Shown here in pieces: positions 1-13,388 of a stretch of 64,000 nt of DNA. Both the position numbers and the translations under genes were made by a program. Position 1 is the stretch's first letter. Every line of letters begins with the position of its first letter. The notes below the pieces were generated by a model. That model was not told the DNA's origin. It ran no database searches and saw nothing but the letters and a program-made list of their open reading frames with translations. Origin of the DNA: Balanoglossus misakiensis (lineage: Eukaryota; Animalia; Hemichordata); NCBI GenBank assembly GCA_040954595.2, contig CM082588.2, positions 11,173,398 to 11,237,397 on the forward strand, written 5' to 3'.

Positions 1-1097
1 AAAAAACTTTAGAGAAAAAAGTTGCTAGTGCTATCGGCCGGTAGTTACTGGCATCACTACAAAGCTTAGTTTTATCCTTAATAATTGGAACTAAATTAAC
101 ATTGATAGCCTCAGTTGGCAGGTAACCATGAACAATCATTGCATTAATACAACAAGTCAAAAAGGGTAAAATAGAGGAGTCTGAGAATTTGAGGTGCTCA
201 GCTAAAATATTGTCAATGCCAGCTGTCTTACCGTCAGGTAACTTATGTATAGCAGAAATTACTTCGTCTTCAGAAACATACATATCAGAAGAAAATTTAA
301 CATACTTCATTTTCTCCTCGATGTCATTTTTACCAGTCTGAGCCTGGACAGAATTCAAAATATCACTGAAATGCTTGTGCCACATAATTGCAATTTCACT
401 CTCACCAGTCGCTCCACCTACAGTGTCAGAAAGCGGCGTTTTTCTGCTAGTTTGCTTTCTGACTTCCTCCCAGAAGTCGTTCTGTTTGTGGCAGCGTAAA
501 TTATCAGCCATCTTGTCAGCCCTATTTTGATTCTCAATCTTTTTACAAGCACGTAAAGCATACTAAAAACGAGCTCTGGAAGATTTCATGGTTTCAAAAA
601 GCGGGCCTTGTTTAGGTTTACCCACATTAACCCATAATAAAAACATGGAACGGGCATAGTCGTGACTTTCTTTTACAAAATCGTTCCAGCCAGGCACAAC
701 ATGAACTTTCTGGTGAAACTTACGTCTAATGGTATCTTTTGCAGCACAATTCAATGCGTCCACAATACTACTATAACAAGTATCAATTGCCTGTAAATGC
801 GAAGGGTCTGTACAGTTCACATTAGTGCAGAATAACTCTTCGGATAAATTAATCTTATCAATCTTGGCTTTGGTACAACCGGTGTAGGCGGATATATTCT
901 GCTGTGACAATTTTTTCCAATCAACTCGAAAATTACATTGCTTGAAGGAACTACTGCTGAAGCTTTCATCAGCAGAAGTGTTGAAATGAACCTCCATTGA
1001 AACAGGAATATGGTCGGAGTCAACAACATTGCAAAGACTCGAAATTGAAAGAACATTGCTATGAGAAATTTCAGTGGTAACACAGTAGTCAATCCAA
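1..1097 (-). mobile_element. Non-LTR retrotransposon (LINE) ORF2 fragment, 5'-truncated and degenerate; continues off the window edge
   Basis: Minus-strand translation gives the APE endonuclease C-terminus 'WIDYCV...DSDHIPV', the linker 'VPGWNDFVKESH...LLWVNVGKPKQGPLF', then the RT start 'GKTAGIDNILAEHLK...PIIKDK...NYRPIALA'. In-frame stop at 563-565. Confidence 0.9.
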
Positions 1098-1289
1098 ACT
1101 CAGCGTAATTCAATAAAACGCCCTAACACAGCCTGAACTCCGATAATGTGTTGTCCCAAAATTCATTCCGTGGAAAATAATCACTGGTCTGTTTACGTAT
1201 TTCAGCCGATTTTCCAAGGACTACTGCAACCCGCCAGAAGTGAGTAGCCTGCTAATGAGATCTCCACAACATAACGTAATGACGGTCAA

Positions 1290-1700
1290 AGTCCGATGCC
1301 CCAGTGTCCGTCCTCAGCCCACCAAAAAAAGCGAAAAAATATTACAAAAATCTTCTTCTCAAAATCGACGTGGCCTAGGACCTTGAAATTTGGCACAGGG
1401 GATTTTGGCCACATGGTCTACAAAAATCGCGAAAAGACTGTACATGCCCCCATTAACGTGCAAATTAGGTCAATTTGAAAATTTCGCTCGATTATAGCAA
1501 CAAAGTCACGTGACTAATTACAAATTCAAAGGGCTGGTGCACCAGTACTATGGGCCCCAACCACCGTGCCAAATTTGGAAGGCGCACCTGCCGGAATTTC
1601 AGAGAAAAACGGGCGCAAAAAAACGACTCAAGAAGAAAGAAGACAAACTCCAGCAATAACAGAAGGGGACCAAGCGCCTGAGGGCTCTTGGTCCCCTAAA
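1290..1700 (-). mobile_element. HINE/DINE-like non-autonomous interspersed element
   Basis: Terminal palindrome GGGGACCAAG...CTTGGTCCCC-TAA (~1665-1699) and an 'aaaatcttcttctc...ttgaaatttgg' module like the one in the 16828-17578 element; boundaries approximate. Confidence 0.5.
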
Positions 1701-2438
1701 TATGGGACTAAACTTGACAGATACCCGGAATATTTTCCTATTCAGGATACCTGGTTGCATTTCCACCTAAAGGCGTCCTATTGGCGTGGAAATTGTATAA
1801 CTTGAAATCGTTTGACTGGGTGATAGGTATTAATATCTTATGATGTTATAAAACACTTGGCTCGCCGAAGGTATGGACCGATTATAGCGTCAGTCGTGTC
1901 ATACAATCTATATGAACGTCATGGGTCAATAAACTTGATGGTCCAATAAAATTCAATGGTTAGTAAAACTATTGTGTCCAATGTCTGCAGAGTATACTGG
2001 CTGCAACATGTGTATGAGTCAGGATTAATGTCTGTAGCCATCAACCCAAAAGGTGAACGTCCTATTCTCACTAACTTAAATAGGTTTTGCGACCTAGTTG
2101 AGTTATAAAAACCTTATGATAAAGTCGACACAATTTCAAGATGACGATGTGCAAATGAGAGTTCATAAGCTAAAGTAAAGTTCAATGAATTCTATACAAA
2201 GTTCAAAAAAGATTGTTTACTAAAGGAAGACATGAAAAAACTGATATCGTCTCTTCATATTCGTACATGTCCAACTGTTGTGATTTGACCCCTCCCCCCC
2301 CCCCCCCCCAGGACATGGTACATGAAGCTATTACTTAGTACACACTTAAACAATTGGCATTTGAAGTGCCTTGCTTGACAGTGTTTAATGCGGTGGTCAG
2401 TCGCGTTTATCTCTCGCCACTTCATGCATCATGTCGCC

Positions 2439-2755
2439 TTAAAGGGGCAAACTCTCTCTCCCGTCGCCCTTTTCTATTAATAATGTTTGATACAAGACAC
2501 CGTTTATATTAATGGGCATGTGTATATGTAGTGAATGAACGTTCAACCACACACAACTTCCATCCTGCTTGTATGATATGAGAGTAAAAACTCGCCCAAA
2601 ATGAATAAATGGTAGAGACCGATTTTTCAGTTTGGCGAGTTTTCGCTCTCGTGTCAACATGCGGGATGGAAGGTGTGTGCGGTTGAACGTTGCATCACTA
2701 TATATCCACATTTACATTAACATAAACGGTGTTTTGTATTGTCATTTCTTTTAAT
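2439..2755. mobile_element. Palindromic TTAA-flanked MITE family A, copy 1 (right end degenerate)
   Basis: Starts TTAA-AGGGGCAAACTCTCTCTC; self-complementary body shared with copies at 3528, 15421, 16098 and 54280. Confidence 0.8.
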
Positions 2756-3527
2756 CGTGGATTTTCGTTTCTGATTTGTATGTATAATGAAAATCCATTT
2801 TGGGTCACTGCACTTGTTTTCGACTTTAAACAAGGCCGTGAATTTAGTCGATAATTGAAGAAAACTGCTGACGGTCAGCATTTTCTACCAATGGTTTGCC
2901 TATGGATACAATATTGAACAAAGTTTATCTCAAAATAGACCGTGGTCTTTATTTTGATTTGTCGGAGCTATGTGTAAAATTTCCTGAAAATGACAATAAT
3001 AGAAGGGAGTTTTCTAACTATTCTCCATGTACTCCTATGGGAAGAGACACAGGCGCACAGTTTACCAGTTGACGTTCTGCGCGTACATCATTGAGTGTAC
3101 TGGCAGCTAACTTATTGTTTATTTGTAACAGCAATTGGATCTTGGAGCACTGTTTGGAACACCCTTTGTGAAATATGAATGTCCAGAAGGTAAGTTGAAT
3201 TGACCCTAGCCCTTTCACCAACATGGTTCAGTCAAAACCAATTGTTTTCTATGGTAATGTTGGACCTCTAAAGAGGAAACGGGGGGGGGGGGGGTGATGA
3301 AAGGTTTAAGACTTACAGATCACAACTTAAATAGCCATTCAGAAAGAGGCTTAGAGTGGAGTATCAAATCGGACGATACCACTGACTGGTGGAGGAAGAC
3401 AAAATAAGCAAACTGAGTAGATGAGTGCTCAGATTTCTTCAGAGGACCAAACGTTTCAAAGAATTATACGTGACAATCCATGCCTGGTCCGTCAGTAGAT
3501 ATAAACAGAACATTGTGGCTGTATTCA

Positions 3528-3826
3528 TTAAAGGGACAAAGTCTCTCTCTCGCTGCCCTTTTTCCATTAATTATGTTTGATACAAGACTGCGTTTATATT
3601 ATTCTACATGTGGATATAGTGAATCAACGTTCAACCATACACACCTTCCACTCCGCTTGTATAGACACGAGAGTTTTAAAAAGTCGCCAAAATGAATAAA
3701 CGGTCTCTACCATTTATTCATTTCGGGCGGGTTTTTACTCTCGTATCATACAAGCGGGATGGAAGTTGTGTGTGGTTGAACGTTCATTCACTAACATAAA
3801 CGGTGTCTTGTATCATGTCCCTTTAA
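3528..3826. mobile_element. MITE family A, copy 2
   Basis: TTAA-AGGGACAAAG...TGTCCCT-TTAA; palindromic interior. Confidence 0.85.
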
Positions 3827-4604
3827 CACTTTTGAAGCATTTTACTAATGCTAACATGACTAGACCAATTGAATGATGTTACATTGCAGGTTATCAACTC
3901 AGAGGGGCGTCTTGTTATAAAGCGGTACCTGACAAACAATCAGCTGGCAACGCTGAAAATACCTGTCAGTCGTAAGTATGAAAGTATACATCATTTGAGT
4001 AGAATTTTATGGGAGATCCTAACAAGGCTTGGACATGTCACGCACAAATACAAAGGGCGCGTATAAAGACAGACAAAACCTCGCTTAGTGTGAGGTGTTC
4101 AGCGATTGCATCTGATAAGTCGAAAATGCTTGATCACGTGTCATGTTCAGTTGGGAAATTGGATATGTCTCAGGCCAAAAAAACTAATATGTGCTATTCC
4201 GATTACATGGTTTTCAAAAATAGGGTAGGTAGAAAGGGACATTTTTTTATTTTTCAATTTTTTTATATCTTTGGCCGTCGTAGTGTAGAAGAATGACATC
4301 ATAGTTCTTGCGTGATTCTCGCAATTTTCATGAATTGTTGTATATTTGACATCGTTATTTTTACTTCCGGTTTACGAAGATCTAAACTGTTTTGGGTCGG
4401 CGGGCTAAAATTAGGGTAGTTCGGGTAATCGTTATGACATTGGGAGCTACGGCTGCAAAGCCATGTGTCTCGTGCGAAAAGGGCCCTTAACCTTTTGCAA
4501 TATTTAACAGCAAACAACAGACAGTTTTGAGAATAAAAGGTTTCCGTCGTGTCTGACTTTCATATCGCATTAATAGCATATCCCTAAATTTAAAGAAATT
4601 AGGA

Positions 4605-4840
4605 GAGACAGAGTGAAACAGGCAGAGTGGCAGACAGACACAAGCAGACAGACAGAGCAACATTCATCAGTAGAGACACTCATCGGTCGCTCGCTCGCTC
4701 GGTCGCTCACTCTCTCTCTCAGAGAGAGGGGGCAGACAGTCAGACAGACCGACGTTGACAGACAGTCAGTAAGTCAGTCAGCCAGTTAATCAGTCAGTCA
4801 GACGTCAAAGACACAGTGACACAAACACAGCGAGGGAGAC
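4605..4840. repeat. Compound microsatellite/low-complexity tract (CAGA, CGCT, CT, CAGT)
   Basis: Runs of cagacaga, cgctcgct, ctctct and cagtcagt are directly visible. Confidence 0.8.
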
Positions 4841-7800
4841 AACAGGACCTTTCATGCTTAAACCCCTGTTCTTCTGTTATAAACTTTGAAAACCGTTCGT
4901 TTTCAGACTGCAGATTGCTCGAATAACGCGACACACTGCCGAAACAATAAAACAAATACTAGTGGGAGCTCATAAAATAAAATCGCTCAACCATTCCGTC
5001 GTCCTGAGTGACCTCAGCCACATTAATTCCGACGTCTTTTTAGGGTCATGAAAAAAGTCACAAATAAGGTATTTCCCCTAGGTCCACCTGAAGCAAAAAG
5101 TTTTCGTTTCGACTCCATCATTCCGAATAGTAAGAAAGCAACAAAATTGAAAAGACAGATGTAAAATGCACTCTCTCTCACGTGGTAACGTTTGTAACTA
5201 TGGCAATCACGGTACGTGTTCAGTACACAGACAGGGAGAAAAGTTTCTCCATGCAATACATGTGTTCAGTAAGGTTTGACCTTGGTTTTACTTTGTACCA
5301 TGATCGCCGCTTTCTAAGCATGGATGAACGACGGCGGTCAGACCCAATCGAACCCTTTCATGTCAGATGACCACGGTATCTCCACTGTGAGATGACATTT
5401 GACAAACCATTTGATTTCAACAAAATCTTCGCGTCGTCAACGCGTCGCATACCAGTCGCATATCGGTATTTACCCAATCATAAAAGTTGGAAATTCGGGA
5501 GACTCGATCTGCAACCAAGTTGAGAGTAAATTTTGACGTTTGACTATTGGCAAGTAAACAGGTTACACAATGACTTGTCGGTTTTTCCTCCGTCATGGTC
5601 GTTCTCGACCCAAGTCCCCCCTCCCAATGTCCTTCCTTGACATTTAGACACACCTTGCGGTATGACCTTGGTGGTCATGTGCAATTAGTTTTCTTGTATA
5701 AAAGCTTTTCATGCCGGGGTAGACGACTTGTGCGTGGATCATCAACATTTCAGTGATATTTCAACGCAAAGTTTTAGCAATATTAAGAAAACAGGTAGTG
5801 AGGTGTCAAATGCATATCAATGTACGAAAATTAGGTCAAGCCACCCGACAGCAACCGCTTTCACACAGTGTCGGACGTTGCACGGAATGTGAAACGTTAC
5901 ACTGCTTCGGCCGTTCACATGCACCTGGGCGTGGGTTTGATTGATGGTCAAACGCCCCCACTTACTTTGGGCGTTTTCAATGGTAAATGTGTCGTATTGA
6001 TCGAAACCTTGCCGTAAACACATTTTTTTTGCTGAATCAACATTCAGAGTTCAGCCGTCTAGTTAACGAAGTATTGAAGTAAGCCACTTGTTCATCATTT
6101 TTTGTCTGTCAAACGTGTTTATTCGGACAGGGACCGGCCGCCAATGAGGGGTTTAGGGAGCCCACACGTACACTCTGGTACCTGGACAATTAACATAGAC
6201 ATGTCGTGTGTACCGTCCGGTTCGAAAAGATTGGTTTAAGGTAGTCCTGGTAACAGTCATCCTAACGAGGCCAGGGGAGGTCTCCAAGGGCGAAATAAAC
6301 ATAGCTACCGATGACGAGTCGAATTCGAATCGGACGATGCTTGTTCATAAAAGGCACAGACATAAAGCTTCGAAGTTTTTTGTCTGTGTAGTAAAGATAC
6401 GACTAATCAGCCTATAGTGTAACCGTAGACCCTGGAGAAATACCAGAGCACAGCACAATGCAGCAAATGGAGTGAAACAAGAACAAAGCTTAGTCTCTGC
6501 CGCAAACAAAGCTAAATCACATATTGACACTCCAAATAGAAGCAAGACAGCCGGGGGGGGGGGGGGAGGCACAGTTGTAGATCGCGGTGTTGACCCGCCC
6601 CTTCCACATCCTGTAGATGTTTGTGCGTCCAAGGCATTTTTGATAAAATATAGACTTTTGTTTTTAGCTCGAGTGTGGCCTAAGTATATCACCGTTCACA
6701 CGAAAAATGTCTGTCTTTTTCAAAACGTTGTATTATACTTCTGTGTAATTTGAACTCTAATACAAGTGACAGTATTAGAGGACAGATTTGGCACAGACAA
6801 AATTCGTATTAACAAACCACAGAGAAAACGTCAAAATGGAGCGATTTATAAAATGATCAATTCCACGAGTTTGCAAATTAAAGTTAAAGAGATACAGTTT
6901 CATTGGGTGGATCACTATCCTAGAGCGGTCTGGAAGCATGGGTGGATTTTTACCTGGTGTTTGTTTACCTGGTAAAAATAGGCTATTGTTCTCCCCTGCT
7001 TTTCATAGCGGATTTTTTAACACGTCTCCTCGAGATCAAACATTAATGAGCGATTAAAAGCGCTTCGTATACTTTTTGTGGGTCGAGTTGTGTTTTTCGT
7101 TTTATTTGGTCATTAATTCGATCAGAATGGATTGTTTATTGTTGTATTGTTAAAAGCTTGGATTTTATGTTTCAGTTGTGCAGAGTGCTTAAGTATGCTC
7201 GACTTGCGTGGCAATTCTGCATATTTGGAGCATTCTTTGGAATTTAATTGATTTGGACATGAGTTTGTTGTTTGGTTGGTCATGGAACAACACGTGACAT
7301 TGTCTGCATGACATTCTTTAGGGTGTTCCAATTCTGTAAATGACATGAGGTGGTTACATAGGACCATATATGGCTGAGATGAGAACATATGGCGGCGCTC
7401 TTTTTTCGCGTGTGCCACCCACTAAAAATCTGTGATTGGCTACATCTCAATTTGCCATGGTAACTATAGCTAATTTTCCATAGGTGACCGTATACCTTTA
7501 ATTGCCTGTTGGTACTAAACAGCACTCTCCCCGAGTCTAGTGAAACATCATTTTGGGGATCTGGATTTCGTGTTCATTATTGCGTGACTGATACGGCGGG
7601 TATCGATTGGAATAGGCCCTATCGTTAAAATAGAAGTTCATTCTTGTCGGGCGACCCAGGAAGGCATAAGCTTGACGTGCCTAAAGTTTGTCGGACATTG
7701 TTCGACCATCACGGCTGCAAATTGGTTTAAGTTCGACCCTGGGCCCGGTGTAGCCTGCTCCAATAGAAATGGAGAAATTAAGTATAAGGCAACAACCCGA

Positions 7801-8479
7801 ATGTGCCACTTTTTCACTCACAGCATCCCTATAAAACCACAGTAAGTGATAAAACAAAAGGTTAGGTCGACTTTTCATGTCCTTATGCGCATGAAAAGAA
7901 AAGAATGAGACAGGGTCAATGAAGTCTAGTATCGTGTCTTCGTGCACACGAAGACGCCCGAGCCGTTCATCATCATGGTATTCCTCGTGGAATCTCTTGG
8001 CAAGTGCATGGCGTGTACCGAGTCAGAACATGTAAATACTGACTTCTGCCATAGACGTACCAGGTGCTTCGACGAGTTGGCCTTCGGCATTGTGGTTTTT
8101 TGGCTTTTCTAGTGAAGCCGAAGGCCAAAACCAAGGACCGTGACTAAACTGAAAAGCCCCCACCCCCCCCATCTCCCCCCCCCCCCGCCCTCACCAGTTT
8201 TTGTAGTAGATATGTTCTTCATGCCTACCCCAATTCTACCGCTGGCTGCGCTGTCACAGTGACCTCAAGCCAGGTCAAATTTGAGCTAAAAGACAAGTTC
8301 CGTCTACATACTCATGAATATTTCTTGGTTTCTTCGCGTATAAACTCAGGAATACTATGCCCCTGAAGCCTCGGCTGGCTTTGATGCACGTTATCATGTT
8401 TTAATTAGTCAAAGACCCACGGTAGCAAAGTAGGTAATTGTCTTTTTTTCACGCGTATCCTTTGGTCATATATTCTGCC

Positions 8480-8795
8480 TTGCTGCAGTTTGCAGCCCCT
8501 CCATCTCCCCTGAACGAGTTTTGGTTTTGCCGATTGAAGTTGAATAACTGGGGAAAACGTAGGCAAAATCGACAAATACCGCGACATCCTTTGCCAGGTA
8601 AGCGCTGTATGGGTTCCGGGACCGATTTGGCGAAAAAATTGTGGAAAATTGTGGACTGGAGACGTCTGGAGTGTAGAAATTCGCTCCGGGCCCAAATCCC
8701 GGTCGCTCGTTGTGCGGTTTAGAATAGCTGGGACCTGCAGCCCCGCAAAAACAAAAATCGTCCAGGGGAGATGGAGGGGCTGCAAACTGCAGCAA
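8480..8795. mobile_element. MITE-like element with ~50-bp terminal inverted repeats
   Basis: TTGCTGCAGTTTGCAGCCCCTCCATCTCCCCTG... at 8480 and its reverse complement ending at 8795; no clear TSD. Confidence 0.75.
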
Positions 8796-9529
8796 CCCCC
8801 AGCCCCACATTCGCTGATATAATTGTCACGTTCCTCGATAGTTATTATAATTTTTAGTTAGAGACGGCCTTGTAGACTCGGAATTGTAGACTAGCGACGG
8901 CTCAGCTGGCATATCGTACCACTTTTTCTGTTACATTGCCGACCGGCCCGGCGCAACTACCGAGGAAAGATACGGGTGTGCTCGTGGGAATTGTCAACTA
9001 CCCGTTCATCGTTCGACTGCTCAACACAGATCATTGATAACACAATGTCACATTTCGAACTAATTTTGAAATTCTGGATAAATTCTCCAAATATCCTGTT
9101 AATCTGGGATTTTCTTCCATCACCTTGATGCAACTGTATCAGAATTTGTCTTTTAAGTTTATTCACACCAAAAAAAAACAACAACAGCCATTTCCTGGAA
9201 ATTGTCATGTTTTCTCTAAAAGAAATAAGCTGAACTTTTTTATTCAAAGGAAACGTTCAGCAAATTTTTTTCTCCCCAAAATTCAGGTGAATTTTTCACA
9301 GATTCTTTTTTCCCAGAAATTCTGCCGAAATCTACACTAATCACACACTTATTGGAAAGGTGTAACACAAAATATAGACTTTACAAACAAAAATCTAATG
9401 TTATACATTTATGAACCTCTTATTCACCAATATTAAATGTTTTCAAAGAGGAAATGTATTATTCACGGACTGGAATTTCGAAATTAGTTTGGAACATGTT
9501 TGATGTGTTATAAATTGGTTTATTTTCAG

Positions 9530-9648
9530 ATTTTATGGTGGGCACTTGACAGTAATTGAGGGTTATTCTGAAAATCGTTATGCTGGAGCAGAGATTGTAA
9601 ACCAGATTGAAGAGACTTCCAATGAAACAGCGAACCATGGTTGGATTG
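9530..9648 (+). CDS. uif-like exon: C-type lectin domain, part 1
   Basis: tttcag acceptor, gtgagt donor; FYGGHLTVIEGYSENRY...HGWIG (CTL WIG motif). Confidence 0.85.
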
Positions 9649-10093
9649 GTGAGTGTGTCTTTTAACAGTGTTTGTCAGTGTTCCCAAATAATTTGTGGGT
9701 GTATCAAGTGTAAAAAATAACTGGTTTTGGAATTTGACAGTTTACAAGTAAGCACTGCATAGTAACACTTGAATGATAATTGTCTCAAGATGGTAATTGA
9801 AAAGCCTATTTTTTACATCTCAATAACCTCACAAAATCTTGCTATTAAGTGACTCTGTATGCAGTTTTTCATCCAGATGGAGGGATGAGGGAATTCGCCC
9901 ACTGTCAGCATGTTGGCACCCCCCTAGAAATTTGTCAAGGGGGAAATGGTGCCCCTTACAGACTCAGCGATGTCACTCATTCCCCTCCTTGCAAGAGTGC
10001 AACTATTCAAGCAAAGGGGGACATATCCCCCCCCCCCCCATCCTGGATGAAACACTGCTGTATGCATCTTCTTTCTTTATTTCCATTTTATAG

Positions 10094-10309
10094 GATTTAG
10101 TGGACCCAATCGAGATGGCAGTGTGGAATATGATTATTCAGATGGCAGGAAAGGTAGTGTCTTTGATGGTCGATGGGCAGACACAGAACCTGATGCCTCC
10201 ACTGGGCAATGTGTGAGGTTAAACCTCTTTGAAAATAATTACCCATTGTATCATGCAAGATGTGATGATGTCAGTCTGTCAATGTGTGAAGTAGCAGCTT
10301 GTGCTGAAG
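10094..10309 (+). CDS. uif-like exon: C-type lectin domain, part 2
   Basis: ttatag acceptor, gtaagt donor; FSGPNRDG...YSDG...WADTEPDASTGQCVRL...ARCDDVSLSMCEVAACAE. Confidence 0.9.
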
Positions 10310-10426
10310 GTAAGTCTGATTCAAATCAGCTAGAATCTTCCCTTACTCGCATCAGGTCTTTACTTTTCTCGCACTGCTGTAGTCACCTCCCAATATATAT
10401 ACTAAGAGAGAGTGTGTGCAAAAGAG

Positions 10427-10704
10427 CGGGAGGGAGAGGCTGGGAGGGGAGAGTGAGAGGGGAGGGAGAGAGAGCTGGAGAGTGACAGGGAGGGAGGGAG
10501 GGAGGGTGGTAGTGAGGGAGAGGGGGAGAGAGAACTAGAGGGAGAGGGAGGGGTAGAGGGGGGTAGGGAGGGAGAGAGAGCTAGAGAGGGGTGGGAGGGA
10601 GGGAGAGGGGCGGGAGAGGGGAGGGAGAGGGGCGGGAGAGGGGAGGGAGAGAGCTAGAGAGGGAGGGGGAGGGGGTGGAAGGGAGGGAAGGAGAGAGAGT
10701 TAGA
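10427..10704 (+). repeat. Purine-rich G/A low-complexity tract
   Basis: ~280 bp almost entirely G and A (GGGA/GAGA repeats) with many G3+ runs. Confidence 0.85.
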
Positions 10705-10908
10705 GTCCCCTAAGCAATACAAGATATACTTGGAAGAGCTCACCACTAAAAGTTAAACAAGGGGGATCAGATCATGTGATGTCTCCTTGGGTGCAGAATG
10801 GTGTTATATTTGAAATTCAAAATTGAGGCCAGTTGTCGCTAGATAATTCCACTCATTAATTGTATGGTTATGTTTACTTAACAATTTCTTTTAGACTATT
10901 TATGTAAT

Positions 10909-12376
10909 AGAGAACCACCGACCCCGAGGTGGTTCTTGGTTTCGAATTGCCGAGGGCCGCAGGCCCGAGGCGATTGGAAACCAAGAACCACTGAGGGGGA
11001 GGTGGTTCTCTAACTTAAACCACGACCCCCCACAGACATTGTCACCATTGGAGCTTCGTGTACCACAAAGACGTCGTTTTACTCAACGATTCAATAAAAT
11101 GAACGAACAAAAGCTTATCAAAAGAGGCTTATTCTTCATTGCTGACTGTGAAATTTGGTTGGCCACCCCTTTTCCTATAAATGAATCATGTCGTGGGCAG
11201 GTAGTTCTAGACCGCCCTGCTGGGCCTTACAAGATCGCCCACGCTTGACAGGTGTTACTCTAAATGTTCATGCTTACGTGTCAGAGTGATATGCTAATTT
11301 CAAACACTAATTTGCATCAAATTAAACTTTACAGGTGTGTTACGTAGTGTATTATGGGAAGCGTTACAGCTATTGGGGTTTTGCGTGCACATGGTAAGCT
11401 TACGCGAAAATTTTCTAGGCCAAATGCAGAAGGCCTACATGTAAGTGTCACGTTTTTTTTTTATTTTCCTTCAAATGTCCATGAAATCGATCTGAAGATA
11501 CATGTAGTTCCGATCTATATCATCTGCGAAAACAAGCGGCTACATGTTGGTAAAGCAAAAACCGGGTAACAATGCTCTACATGGTACTACTGCCCGTCTG
11601 TGTATTGGCCTCCCTGGCTTTTGAACGAACCACTCTCTACGAGCCACAACGGCAACACGTCTGTATGGTAGCGATATTGGTGAGTAACTCATCTGCGAAA
11701 AGACTTGATACCGAAGTGAATCCGTCCGACATTACAAACCCACGTCTGGTGAACAGCAACAAAAAGTAAGCAGAATTTTGCAAGGTACGCGGGTTTTAGG
11801 CCTAAAACAGCCAACCTTGTTACATGTCGGTAGTGAAGCAAAATCGAAGTGAAGCATCTGGTTAGAGTAATACAAGCAAATCTGGGGATAATGTGATTTA
11901 GTATAATTTTCTAGAAATTTGTAGTTAATTTATTGCAACGTTAGTTTGTTTCTGGTGAATTGATTTTTGTCTATTTTATACTTTTATTATCATGTTATGA
12001 AGACTCTCGAGAGCCACCAAGACATTAGCTTTGTACGTCAGTAGACAAAACTGTGAATGTGAAGCATTGAATGAAATGATCCGGAGACTGTCGCATATCC
12101 AGTTCGCTTTCAATTAACATAACAATTACTCTATTCAAATGAAATGTACTTTGAATACAGGTATAGAAGTAAATGTAATTATGCAAATAAAGCATTGTGT
12201 ATTTGTATTTTTGTTACGACAGGTGAGACTGAGTCCTGCGGTAGTTCTAGAACCCCCGGAGGTAGTTCTAGAACTACCCGGGACTTGGTTTTAAACCTGT
12301 GGTTTTGTGTGAGACGGAGGTTCTCTCAGTGAATGACTTGTCTATTGAATAGTGTGACGTCACGATCGTGGTTTAA
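10909..12376. mobile_element. Non-autonomous element with ~100-bp terminal hairpin (possibly Crypton/tyrosine-recombinase type)
   Basis: Hairpin AGAGAACCACC...GCCGAGGGCCGCAGGCCCGAGGC...GGTGGTTCTCT (10909-11011); TTAAACCACGA at 11015 is inverted at 12366-12376. Family assignment is inference. Confidence 0.5.
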
Positions 12377-12452
12377 TTGTATGATCATCTCCTTTGCAAC
12401 TAAAGACTACTTTTGAACTGTCAGCAGAAAGTCTGATCCTCAAAGAATTTTG

Positions 12453-12647
12453 TACTGTAAACAGGAAATTTTCGCGAGCGATACATTTTTGCGAACTATG
12501 CGAGAGCCAAAAAAACGCGAAAATAAACAAGTTGTGTCAAAATGTTTTTCGAAGATAGCAATGCCGTGAAATATGAGAATGCGAAAATCAATCATCGCAT
12601 AACAGTTGCCACTTTTGATATCATGAAAAATTTCCTGTTTTACAGTA
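12453..12647. mobile_element. TA-flanked MITE family B (Tc1/mariner-like termini)
   Basis: TA-CTGTAAACAGGAAATTTT...TTTCCTGTTTTACAG-TA. Confidence 0.8.
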
Positions 12648-12958
12648 TGTCATAAATATAAATCAGAAACAAAACTGGGCCAAGTATTTTAAGAATCTGG
12701 CATCTGTCACACTGATAGTTTGGGCTTAGAGAATCATAATATGCGGTTCTTGGAATTTTCGGGTGTGATAAATGTCGTTTCAAAATTTTTACATTTGATT
12801 TATACTAATACAAACATTGTTTTATACATGTACATTGGATACTCACTGTTGGTGAAGTAATTTTATCATCAATGAAATTTCGTCAACTTGATGAGCTGAA
12901 TCTTTATGACCATTCATCACACAAACATACTCTTTCTTTTTATTTTAATGATATTCAG

Positions 12959-13083
12959 GAACATGTGGTGGTTTGGAAACTGGTGAATCGGGGACCTTTC
13001 ACAGCACTGGATACCCAGATGATAATTATTACATTCTACAAGAATGTATTTGGACAATCCAGGGACCTGCAACATCCAGAATA
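12959..13083 (+). CDS. uif-like exon: CUB1 N-half; 3' end and donor lost
   Basis: attcag acceptor; TCGGLETGESGTFHSTGYPDDNYYILQECIWTIQGPATSRI; no phase-0 GT before the stop. Confidence 0.8.
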
Positions 13084-13388
13084 AGTGCTCACTTGTAAAC
13101 TGTCAAATTCCAAAACCAGTTATTTTTTACAGTAAAACTTGCATAAACCACTAACTCTGTCTAATCTGGAAACCTGCCTATACAAAACACCTTTTCCCGT
13201 CCATTCGACATACAAACACTTTAAAAAAAAACAGACACATGTATTAGATTTAAATTCATTTCAACTAAAAAAAAAATAATTTGATTTTTTTCTTCCTTAT
13301 AACAAACATGATTTTTGGTAAACTTTTGAATTAAAGGGCCATTATCTATAACTTCAGGCTAGTTTATCAGTAATTTTGTTTTGTGTTT

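Noticed and set aside
6900-7350. Possible first exons of the uif-like gene (donor-like site ~6971, acceptor ~7175)
   Set aside because: No convincing ATG-signal peptide, stops in every frame after the acceptor, and no clear lectin N-terminal motif.
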